A stretch of 64,000 nucleotides of DNA from Saccostrea echinata (Eukaryota): assembly GCF_033153115.1 (NCBI RefSeq), contig NW_026889755.1, forward strand, positions 15,314,001 to 15,378,000. Direction: 5' to 3'. The notes beneath the pieces were generated by a model. That model ran no database searches, had not been told where the DNA came from, and was given only the letters and a program-made list of their open reading frames with translations. Positions 1-11,400 of the stretch are shown here, one piece after another. How positions within the stretch are numbered: position 1 is the stretch's first letter; every line of letters starts with the position of its first letter. A program made the position numbers and the translations under genes.

Positions 1-1494
1 ATGTAAACAAGCACTGAAATACTCAATAAAATTCAAAAATACAAATAAATTACATGACTTACTTTAAACAAGCAATATCCAAATAAGAATAAACAAAATT
101 ATCAAATAATTTTACACTTTTATCAGTCTAGAAGTCTTGAAATTCACAAATCCACGTGTGGAAAACAAGTTCAGGTTCAAACCGGATATAGATTTACACT
201 GAAAATGTTAAAGTCTGTATGGACGGAAAAGTAATTTCCGGAAAGTTTATAGTACAAATTTGGATGGACGGAAAACAAATTTCCGGAATGTTTATAGCAC
301 AAGTATATATGTATTCACAATAGTGCAGTTTCTTCTGAACAAAACTCACTCAGGTGTGACACAGGTGGGTTACCTTGTGTGTTGTCAGTCTGTAGCAAAA
401 AAACACAACAGCTGTTGAAATGTTGATTGAAGGCTTTGATCCACCACTGACTTTATTATCTATGGGGGACTGGAGGTGGCTCCTGCAGTTGGTGCCATCA
501 TCATCATTGTCCCAACGTGGGCGCCAAATTTGTAGCAGAGCAGCAATCAAGACAAGATGGTTTTGAAATCAGTGTGATGTTTATTACATGGATTATATAC
601 TTAAGTACCAGATTCTGCAAAACAATATAAAATACATTAACTATATTTGATATCACACGTAACAGCAGAATCTATTGTTATCATAAAATCAAATAATTAC
701 TACATATTAATTAGATCATAAAATAATATTGACACAGGTCAATGAGTTATATCTCTTGACAAATGATATTTCTCTTTATATATTCACTTCATATAGTGGA
801 TAAATATTTACAATATACATGTACATATAGCTACATACCAAACTATGGGTATGAATCCATCTCTATTTCTAATACAGTGTATATGTATTGCTATGGATTT
901 AATATCTACAATTCATAAATAACATTTATACACTATATATTCTTTTGTGTCATAAAATACATTTCATTACAAAGTTTAAAATCAACTAGTTCATCAGCTT
1001 TGACAAACTTAAATAATTTAATAAATTCTCTCATATGCCACTTTTCATTCATACAATTATTAATATGAAAGTATTAATGTGAAATAAGAATGTCAAAAAG
1101 TCAACTTACTGTCAGTGGTCTATAAAATACTCCAAATATCAAAAATACAACTTTACACACTGACTGCTCCTAGGCTAGTAATTATCTGGACACTCTGGAC
1201 AAAGGGGGTTAAAGGTTTTGGTGGGAAAATATTAACCAATGGCAATTCTTACTTATTTATTTATTCAAGGTTAAGAGTTTAACTGTAATTTTAGAACTCT
1301 AGAGATTTCTAGACTTTAATTAGAGGTAGTTGTTATAAATTTATTTAAATGTTTAATATTTAAATAAAACATTTTTATTTTAAATTAAGTTTATTATTGA
1401 AAGTTATTTCATAACTTTCAATGGCATCTGAAAGAAAATTGTTGTTATAATTAAAATCAATTTAAAATCATGACTATTACAGTGCCAACATATA

Positions 1495-1840
1495 AAATAG
1501 ATGGTTTTTAGTAGGCCTAAATTAGCAAGAGTTATTTCCCGTTGGTCGCCATATTGGATGTCAACATGCCCTTATTCCTTCATTATTCAACCAACTTTAA
1601 CTTTTAATATTGGCCATTTTGAGATAAGAAGCATTGTTTTCCTGAAAAAAAAATACGTTTGTTAAAGCCTCCTTTATTTCATAGTTTTTATTCTATAAAG
1701 ATTTTTCTCCAAATATTTCTGCTACATCCTCTTAAATTTGGCATGACAAAGAGGAAAAATTACCATGTTGACCACAAAGACGGCGGCCAAGGGAAATAAC
1801 TCGGAGAGATAAATATGTCATATGAAAACTATCTATATAC
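1495..1840. mobile_element. Degenerate MITE-like inverted-repeat element
   Basis: gagttatttcccgttggtcgcc (~1529-1550) pairs with ggcggccaagggaaataactc (~1782-1802); outer pair tagatggtttt / aaaactatcta. Confidence 0.45.
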
Positions 1841-2137
1841 ACCAACAGAAACCTAAATATATCATAATTATGTTAAAGAAGAAGCCTTTTTGAAACCAGA
1901 AGTTTTTATTGCAATTTTTGCGAGGAGACAGGCTTAGGGTTTTCATTTAAAAGAGAAGAAAATTCTTTTTATCCTTTATGAATATCAAATTATATATGTA
2001 CATGTACATTTATTTTTCCTTCCACTAGCTATCCAAATCACTCAATATACAAGTAAATGTTACCACTTTGTTTAAGTTTTAGCATTAAAATATGATTATT
2101 TTTTCTGATACATCCCTAAATTAACTCTTTTGGCTAG

Positions 2138-2224
2138 ATACTGCTTGAAAATGTCAAGCGTAAATTCAAGGAAGAGCTGATTAAAAGAGGTGAATTAAGA
2201 CGCTTCATTATAAACCTAATGAAG
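2138..2224 (+). CDS. Candidate upstream exon of the IQ gene (ILLENVKRKFKEELIKRGELRRFIINLMK)
   Basis: ctag| ... aag|gtaact; 87 nt, open, phase 0. Confidence 0.45.
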
Positions 2225-2433
2225 GTAACTATGCAAATTTTTTCACTCTGGAAAAAAATCATCTTTGAAAAGTACCAAATACATACTGTATAAAACATTA
2301 TTTTTAAGTCTTTGAGATAACAAACATTTTCTTAAAGGGCAATTTTGTAAAACGTTAACTTAAGATATTGGGATTATTATTTTCAATTTAAAAAGGAAAT
2401 TTTATTATTATTATTTTCTTTTAATTTTGGCAG

Positions 2434-2463
2434 ATGGAAAAAGGCGTCTATGAGAAAAAAGAA
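2434..2463 (+). CDS. Candidate 30-nt micro-exon (MEKGVYEKKE)
   Basis: Pyrimidine tract, then cag| ... gaa|gtaagt; phase 0. Confidence 0.5.
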
Positions 2464-2902
2464 GTAAGTTACTGAGTACATTTTTTAAGTTCACCTTTTT
2501 TTAAATAAAAATAAAGTGATTAAAAGTAACACCCCAAACACGAAGAAAAATATTTTCCATTTTATACTAATTCCTCAACACATGGAATTGAAGAACCATG
2601 CCAAGAGCAGAAAAAAGTTCTTTATGATTTGATGATTTTAGGTTGTTCAAATTCATGGCCAGTGGGGGAGGGGGGGGGGGTCATATATTAGCAAAAATAT
2701 TAAGTTCTTAAAATAGCAAGACTGTTATTAGACATTATTCAGTCATATCTATGTTTAACATCTTCATGCACTGTATATTTCAATTTATATAGAGATTTCT
2801 TGAAATTTATTTCAAATAAGATATTTCAAAATATACAAATTAAATATGATTTGCTGATCTAGTATTTAATATCTTTAAATTTTTTTTTTTCAATTCTGTC
2901 AG

Positions 2903-4255
2903 GAAAATGCTGCAATTGTACTACAGAAAACTTGGAGAGCTTACAGCATAAAATGTTGGTACAAAAGGATACAGTCAAGCACTGTAATTCAAAGAGCATG
3001 GCGTGCACGAAAACTGAGGAAAGATTTTCTAGGGAAACAAAAAGCAGTAGTACTTCTACAACAGAAATATAGAGCCCATCAACTAGCCAGACGACGCAGA
3101 GCTGCATTTATTCAGATGAAATCATCATCCATTGTTATACAGCGGGCCTGGAAGAAGCACAGCAAACAAGCAAATCGAAGAAAACTATTAATTTAACTAC
3201 AGAAAACTTGGAGAGTTTAGAAAGGGAAATGTCGGTACAAAAGGATACAGTTAAGCTCTACTGTGATTCAAAGGCCATGGCGCACACGGAAACAGAGGAA
3301 GGATTATCTAAGGAAACAAAAAGCAGTAGTATTTCTTGAACAGAAATACAAAGCCAATCAACTGGCCAGAAGGCATAGAACCACATTTATTCAGATGAAA
3401 TCCTCCTCAATTGTTATGCAGCAGGCTTTAAAAAAGCAAATGGAAAAGCGCAATCAGGCAGCAATCATTCTTCAGTCGTACTGGAGATGTTTTAAGGCTA
3501 ATCAGCGAGATTACAATCAAAAGAGGCAAGCAATTTTAAAACTGCAGGCATTATTTCGCATGAAAATCCAGAGATATTTTTTTCTGGTCAAAGAGATGGC
3601 TGCCTGTAAAATTCAAAAGTGGTTCAGAAATGAATTACAAAGAGACAGGGTTAAAACAGAATACCAGAGAAAGAGACACTCAATAGTAGTTCTTCAAAGT
3701 GCTTCAAGAGGTTGGATGGCTAGAAAACAAGAAAATCAAAGAAAATTCCTAATTATCCGAATCCAGTCTGTGGCCAGAAAAATAATAAATGAGCGGAAGT
3801 TCCAGATTTGGAGGAAATATACTGTGCTTTGTCAAAGGCGCTATCGAGCTAAGTTGCATGGCAGATTGATCCGTCGTCAGTATTTGAACCTCATTGCAGC
3901 AGCTGTGACAATACAGTCATGTTACAGAGGACTTCAGACTAGAAGGCTGATGTTGCTGAAAGAGGAAAGTGCCAAGGGAATTTAGTCATGGTACAAAGGC
4001 AGAAAACAATACATATTGTACACAGAACTAAGGCAATCAATCCTTGTTTGTCAGAGAACTTACAGAGCTAGTAAGTTAGCACAGTCAGATCGAAGGAATT
4101 TCTTGGTCCTTAAAGGAGCAATTCTTTCTATACAGGCATTTTATAAAGGTTACAAGACAAGATGCATGTACCAAAGAATGGAGCAGGCCATAGTGCTGCT
4201 CCAGACTGGTTCTAGAGGTATGCTAAAGAGAAGAAGGATCAAAGGACTTGTCAAG
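2903..4255 (+). pseudogene. Large IQ-repeat exon, copy 1 (disabled)
   Basis: Acceptor ctgtcag|GAA, donor aag|gttaga. Frameshift near 3190, TAG at 3218-3220, CAG>TAG at 3983-3985. Contains ORFs 3263-3985 and 4016-4303. Confidence 0.8.
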
Positions 4256-4658
4256 GTTAGATCAAGTAAAAATATTAGGATTAATAATCAAAATGTCAAT
4301 TGAATAAAAAGCAACGTTAAAAGAAAAATGCTTTAATGAAATATGTAGACAAAAAGAAGAAATGTAATTTCTTAATTTTAATATGAATGAATCAAAATCA
4401 GGCTTGTTCAAATTGTGGTCTGGGGCCACAATAGGATGTTAATGTTTCTTATGGGAATATTAAGTAAATTCTTTGAAAAAATTAGCAAGGCAGTAATTAG
4501 TCATATTGATGTGCAAGCATCCTCAACTTTAACAGTACATTTAAATTTGTAGTCATAATAAGGCAGATATTCGAAACGGGTGCAAATTAAATTTAATTTA
4601 CTGATATATTCAGTAAAATATGTTTTAAATACTGAGTATATGTAATTATTTCTGTCAG

Positions 4659-5731
4659 GAAAAGGCTGCAATTGTACTACAGAAAACATGGAGAGCTTAC
4701 AAAGTGAAATGTTGGTACGAAAGGATACAGTCAAGCAACACTGTGATTCAAAGAGCATGGCGTGCACGAAAACTGAGGAAAGATTTTCTAAGGAAACGAA
4801 AAGCAGCAGTATCTCAACAACAAAAATACAAAGCTCATCAACTGGCCAGAAGGCATAAAACTACATTTATTCAGATGAAATCGTTAAATGAGAAACTGCA
4901 AGCTCGGGAGAAACAGATGGAAAAACACATTCAGGCAGCAGCCACTCTTCAGTCTTACTGGAGGTGTTTTAAGTCTGATCAGCGAGACTACAATCAAAAG
5001 AGGCAAGCAATTGTAAAACTGCAGGCATTCTTTCGCATGAAAATCCAAAGAGATATATTTTTGGTCAAAAAGATGGCTGTCTGTAAAATACAGAAGTTTT
5101 TCAGAAATAAAATACAAAGAGACAGGGTTAAAAGAGAATACCAGAGAAAGAGACGATCAGTAATAGTTCTACAAAGTGCTGCCAGAGGTTGGCTGGCTAG
5201 AAAACAAGCAAAACAAAGAAAAATCATAATTATCCAAACCCAGGCTGCGGCCAGAAGTCATTAACTGATCGCAAGTTTCACACTTTAAGGAAAGTGTCAG
5301 AATTTTGTAAAGAAATCCAGCAAGCCAAATTGCATGGAAGGTTGATTCATCAACAGTGTTTGGCCCTCCATAAAGCAGCTGTGATAATGCAGTCATGCTT
5401 TACAGGACAGCAGTCTAGTAGGTTGATGTTGCTTGAACAAGAAAGTGCCAGGAGAATTCAGTCATGATACAAAGGCAGAAAACAATACATATTGTACACA
5501 GAACTAAGGCAACCAGTCCTTGTTTGTCAGAAAACTTACAGATCTAGTAAGTTAGCACAGTCAGATCGAAGGAATTTCTTGGTCCTTAAAGGAGCTGTTC
5601 TTACTATACAGGCATTTTATAAAGGTTACAAGACAAGATGCATGTACCAAAGAATGGAGCAGGCCATAGTGTTGCTCCAGACTGGTTCTAGAAGTATGCT
5701 AGAGAGAAGAAGGATCAAAGGACTTGTCAAG
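4659..5731 (+). pseudogene. Large IQ-repeat exon, copy 2 (disabled)
   Basis: 1-nt deletion near 5256 (gccagaagtc versus gccagaaagtc in copy 3) and TGG>TGA at 5465-5467. Confidence 0.8.
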
Positions 5732-7079
5732 GTTAGATCAAGTAAAAATATTAGGATTGATAATCAAAATGTCAATTGAATAAAAGCAACATTCAAAGAA
5801 AAATGCTTTAATGAAATATGTAGACAAAAAGAAGAAATGTAATTTCTTAATTTTAATATGAATGAATCAAAATCAGGCTTGTTCAAATTGTGGTCTGGGG
5901 CCACAATAGGATGTTAATGTTTCTTATTGGAATATTAAGTTAAAATTCTATAAGAAAAAAAAAATAGCAAGGCAATAATTAGTCATATTGATGTGCAAGC
6001 ATCTTCAACTTTAACCGTACATTTAATTTTGTAGTCATAATAAGGCAGATTTTCGAAACGGGTGCAAATTAAGTTTAATTAGTGATATGTTCAGTAAAAT
6101 ATGTTTTAAATACTGAGTATACGTAATTATTTTTGTCAGTAAAATGCTGCAATTGTACTACAGAAAACATGGAGAACTTACAAAGTGAAATGTTGGTACA
6201 AAAGGATACAGTCAAGCAACACTGTGATTCAAAGAGCATGGCGTGCACGAAAACTGAGGAAAGATTTTCTAAGGAAACAAACAGAAGCAGTATCTCAACA
6301 ACAAAAATACAAAGCTCATCAACTGGCCAGAAGGCATAGATCCACATTTATTCAGATGATATCGTCAAATGAGAAACAGCAAGCTCGGGATAAACAGATG
6401 GAAAAACACATTCAGGCAGCAGCCACTCTTCAGTCTTACTGGAGGTGTTTTAAGTCTGATCAGCGAAACTACAATCAAAAGAGGCAAGCAATTGTAAAAC
6501 TGCAGGCATTCTTTCGCATGAAAATCCAGAGAGATTTATTTTTGGTCAAAAAGATGGCTGTCTGTAAAATACAGAAGTTTTTCAGAAATAAAATACAAAG
6601 AGACAGGGCTAAAAGAGAATACCAGAGAAAGAGACGATCAGTAATAGTTCTACAAAGTGCTGCCAGAGGTTGGCTGGCTAGAAAACAAGCAAAACAAAGA
6701 AAAATCATAATTATCCAAACCCAGGCTGCGGCCAGAAAGTCATTAACTGATCGCAAGTTTCACACTTTAAGGAAAGTGTCAGAATTTTGTAAAGAAATCC
6801 AGCAAGCCAAATTGCATGGAAGGTTGATCCATCAACAGTGTTTGGCCCTCCATAAAGCAGCTGTGATAATGCAGTCATGCTTTACAGGACAGCAGTCTAG
6901 AAGGTTGATGTTGCTTGAACAAGAAAGTGCCAGGAGAATTCAGTCATGGTACAAAGGCAGAAAACAATACATATTGTACACAGAACTAAGGCAATCAATC
7001 CTTGTTTGTCAGAGAACTTACAGAGCTAGTAAGTTAGCACAGTCAGATCGAAGGAATTTCTTGGTCCTTAAAGGAGCTG

Positions 7080-7874
7080 TATGCTGTCTGGAACAGCTAG
7101 CTAAACCTCACACCTCACACCTCATACTTGATCATTGAAGAACACATGGTAACTGGTTCCATATTTATTAACAAGCGAATTCATATTCCAATCAGTGAAT
7201 GAGCGAATGAGCCTAGGTGAGTGAGACAAAGTGAGCCTATGTGAGTGAGCCTAAGTGAGCGAGTGAGTCTACACGAGCGAGTAAGCGAATGAGCGAGTGA
7301 GCGAATGAGGTAAATAACTGAAATAAACAAAATCAAATACTATAATACTGATATACCAAAAAGACAATAACGGTGTTCCATAGAAATAGCTCACTTATAA
7401 ACCTTATCATAATAACAAATTACTATAAAGCATATTAGATAAATTGAATAACAATAACTAATTCTCGTGACTTCAGTGACTTTAAACTTTACAAAAAATA
7501 CCGGTCTGAATAAGTTTTCAATACACAAAAACTCTATAAATAATCACCAAAAAACTTTACAAATAATAGGTATGAAGTTACAAAAGTTTCCTATAAAAAC
7601 TTACATGGTAATAGGCCACAAATCGTAAGAAGGTAGAATGTTACATGTACATCCTCATGGATGGAACTCTAATGGCAGACTGAATGAAAACTTGCACGAG
7701 AAAATGAGGGAGATAACTCCTGACACAAAAGATTTCCACTCAAGGAAGATAATTCAAAAATTTACAAAGAAGGATAACTCTTTCTGATATCTGAATAATA
7801 CACATATTTCACTCCGTATAATTACACAAAAAAGCAAACAAAAATAAATAAAAAATAAGAACTGTGACAGCACA
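7080..7874 (-). repeat. 3' LTR of the BEL element
   Basis: Matches the 5' LTR except for one substitution seen by eye (ggtgagtgag versus ggtgattgag). AATAAA on the - strand near 7164-7169. Confidence 0.95.
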
Positions 7875-7916
7875 CTCCCCGTCTGATGTTTCTAACATCA
7901 CATATACAATTACAAG

Positions 7917-8444
7917 CTATACATCAATGTCATTGGATAGTAGCAGCACCATCTCTGTAACTGGACGAATGAATGTTGACGACTGGCAACCGCGTTTCGC
8001 GACACGAATTTCAGCTTTACGAACTTTCCCGTCATCACTGGGAAACACTTTCACAATGACACCCATAGGCCAAAGGTTACGATGAACATCTTTATCGCGA
8101 AGTAACACAATATCACCTTGTGTAATGTTTCTTTCACTACGCGTCCACTTGCGACGAATCTGTAAAGTATAAAGATACTCTTTTCTCCAGCGTGTCCAGA
8201 ATAAATCTGCCATATGCTGTACGCGTTTCCACTGAGCTTGATACATGTTCATCTTGTCAACAGGAAGGTCGACGATCACAGGAGTTTTCTGGGTAAGTAT
8301 CATGGAAGGGCTCAGAGGGTACGGTTCATCTGCATCTTCCGATAAGGGGACTAATGGTCTGGCATTTACGATTGCTGAAACTTCTGCCATAAATGTCGTC
8401 AGTGTTTCATGAGTTAGTGATCTAGCTGGTATCTCCTGCATCAA
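7917..8444 (-). CDS. Out-of-frame C-terminal part of BEL integrase (DUF5641-like)
   Basis: LTHETLTTFMAEVSAIVNARPL...FWTRWRKEYL...WPMGVIVKVFPSDDGKVR is the typical BEL integrase tail. Confidence 0.9.
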   Translation of the reverse strand: MMQEIPARSLTHETLTTFMAEVSAIVNARPLVPLSEDADEPYPLSPSMILTQKTPVIVDLPVDKMNMYQAQWKRVQHMADLFWTRWRKEYLYTLQIRRKWTRSERNITQGDIVLLRDKDVHRNLWPMGVIVKVFPSDDGKVRKAEIRVAKRGCQSSTFIRPVTEMVLLLSNDIDV

Positions 8445-11400
8445 TCACACGTCTTACTACTCCAATGAGGCGTTCCCATGCGCCACCCATATGCGAAGAG
8501 TGGGGTGGATTAAACTTCCAGGTAGTTCCACACTCATAAAGGAAGTTTTTGATTTTACCGTCTTCCAAGTTGAGTCCAGTTGAATCAATTTTCAGGTCAT
8601 TTATAGCACCCACGAAATTGGTTCCTTGATCTGAACGAATTTGGGTAACTTTTCCTCGAATGGCTTCAAACCGCTTAAAGGCATTGATAAATGATGAAGA
8701 GCTTAACTCCTCCACAACTTCAATGTGAATTCTTCTCGTTGTAAGGCAGGTAAATAAGATTGCCCATCTTTTCGAGTTTGCAGATCCTCCACGCGTCCGA
8801 CGAGTAACTATCTCCCATGGTCCAAACGTATCCAGGCCAATGTAAGTAAATGGTGGACTAGGCTCCAAACGATCGGTAGGAAGGTCCGACATTTTTTGAC
8901 ACAATAGCTTTCCACGTAATTTTCTGCATTTGACACAGTTGTGAAGTATGGATGAAACTAATTTTCTGGCTCCTATTATCCAGAATCCAGCACTACGAAT
9001 CGCTCCTGCTGTTAAGTGGCGACCTTGATGTTTACAGAGTTCATGATAGTAACGAACAATCAACAACGCTATATGATGGTTTCTGGGTATTATCACTGGA
9101 TTTTTCTCATTGATTGGTAAAGAACTTTTGTTGAGACGTCCTCCGACTCTCAGTATTCCATCTTTATCCAAGAATGGCGAAAGAGGTAAAATGTTACTAT
9201 CTCTAGGTAGAGGTTTTTCTTTCAATATGCACTGAATTTCTTCTAAATACACTTCATTCTGCACAATTTTGATGATAAGTTTCTCAGCTTTGTTGAAATT
9301 TTCCACAGTTCTTGAATCTTCACACACATGCCACCCAGAGCATTTACTGTCTCCTTGTTGAAAGGAATGTGCTATATGCTGAAGTCTGGCAATAGTTTCA
9401 ACAAGTTTCCTCCATTGCGAAAAACATGAGAATCTTTCTGATTTCAGTCCAAGTCTAGAGATGTCAACCTTTAGACAAGTGATTTCTTGTCTGACTTCCC
9501 TGTCTGAATCTGGGTCCACCATCTCATAAGATACGCATGGGTGCTGAATCTGTTGTAAGTGTGCAGGTGATGGTCCTAAGAGCCAAGTACTGTTTTGTAG
9601 AGCTTTAACTGGTATCTGTCTTGTTGCTTGATCAGCTGGATTTTTGTCTGTTGATATGTATGACCACTGATCTGGTTTGGTCACTTTACGAATTTGCATC
9701 ACTCTGTTTGCCACATACTGATAGAATCTCCTTGAATTGTTGAAAATATATCCCAACACTACTTTACTATCATAGTAAAACTTAAAATGTTCAATCGGTA
9801 ATTCTAGCTGTTCTGATACACACTTAGCAATTTCCACAGCTAGCACAGCGCCACAAAGTTCTAAACGTGGTATCGAATGTCCTTTTAAGGGCGCAAGTTT
9901 TGATTTGCCGAGGATAAATCCAAAGTTTCCTTGTGATTCTACATAGGCCACTGCTGATATTGCTGATTCTGAAGCATCACAAAAAATGTGAATTGTTTTG
10001 TTCATTGTCTCACTCCATGACTGAGTCAGTTCTATGTAAACTCTTGGGATGTGTAGATTTTGGAGATGTTGTAAGGAATTTTTCCATTTTTCCCACTGAG
10101 TAGACTGATTTTCTGGTAAAGGTTCATCCCAGTTGACCGTTTCTTGAAGTAGATTCCTCATAAGTGACTTGCCTTGGATGATAATTGGGGCGAGAAATCC
10201 TAGGGGGTCAAATATACTATTTATTGTTGATAACACACCTCTTCTTGTGAATGGTTTGACATCATTTGAAATTTTAAAGAAAAACGAATCTGACTGTAAG
10301 TCCCAATTAAGTCCTAGACTGCGCTGTGTTGGTAGATTGTCTTTTGATAAATCCAAGTCTTTCATTTCACTTGACAGATCACTAGGTGGAAAAGCGTTCA
10401 TAACTTCCTGGTTGTTTGAAGCTATTTTGTGTAGACGTAATTTCCCATAACTCAATGCTTTCTGTGTTCTTTTCATTAGGTCCACAGCTTTTTCTACGGT
10501 AGGTTGTGATGTTAATCCATCATCCACATAAAAATCACGTTCTACATACTGAGTTACATCTGTCCCAAACATATCTTCTACTTCCTTAACAGTCTTGCGT
10601 AATCCGTAGGTTGCGATGGCTGGCGAGGGACTGTTTCCAAAGACGTGAACAGTCATACGGTATTCGATCAGTCTCTTTTCAGGATTGTTGTCTTCATGCC
10701 ATAGAAATCGCAAGAAATTTCGATGAGGTTCACAGACTTTAAAACAATAAAACATCTGTTCAATATCTCCAATTAATGCGACTTTCTCTCTGCGGAACCG
10801 TAGTAAAACACCCAGAAGACTGTTTGTCAAGTCTGGTCCGGTAAGTAGTACGTCGTTAAGCGACTTTCCTTCGAATTTTGCTGAAGAATCAAACACAACT
10901 CGAATTTTGTTTGGTTTCTTTGGGTTGTAAACTCCAAACAATGGTAAGTACCAACACTCTTCTCCATTCTGTAGAGGCGGTGCTATTTCTGCATGATGAT
11001 TCTTGAACAATGCATCCATAAATTCCACAAAATGTTCTTTCTTTGTAGGATCCTTCTGCAAAGTGTAATCTAACTGTTTTGCTCTCTTCCTAGCTTGATC
11101 ATAGTTGTTTACTAGTCTTTGACGGTCCTTACGAAAAGGAAGTGGAGCTTGCCAATGTCCATCAAGATCTTTTGTAAATTCTGAATTCATGATGTCTAAG
11201 AACTCATGATCATCCATAGAAAGTCCTAACTTTTCATCATTCTCTGTCCTCTGAAAAACACTTTCACCAATTTCAGTTTTTGTACACATGATGTTTGTTG
11301 AGGTTTCATTGAGGATTTTTTCTTTGACCTGTAAGTTACTGTTGCAAGGTAGCATCAGAGTTGGACGGCCATCAGGTAGAACACAAGTTTTCATGACATT

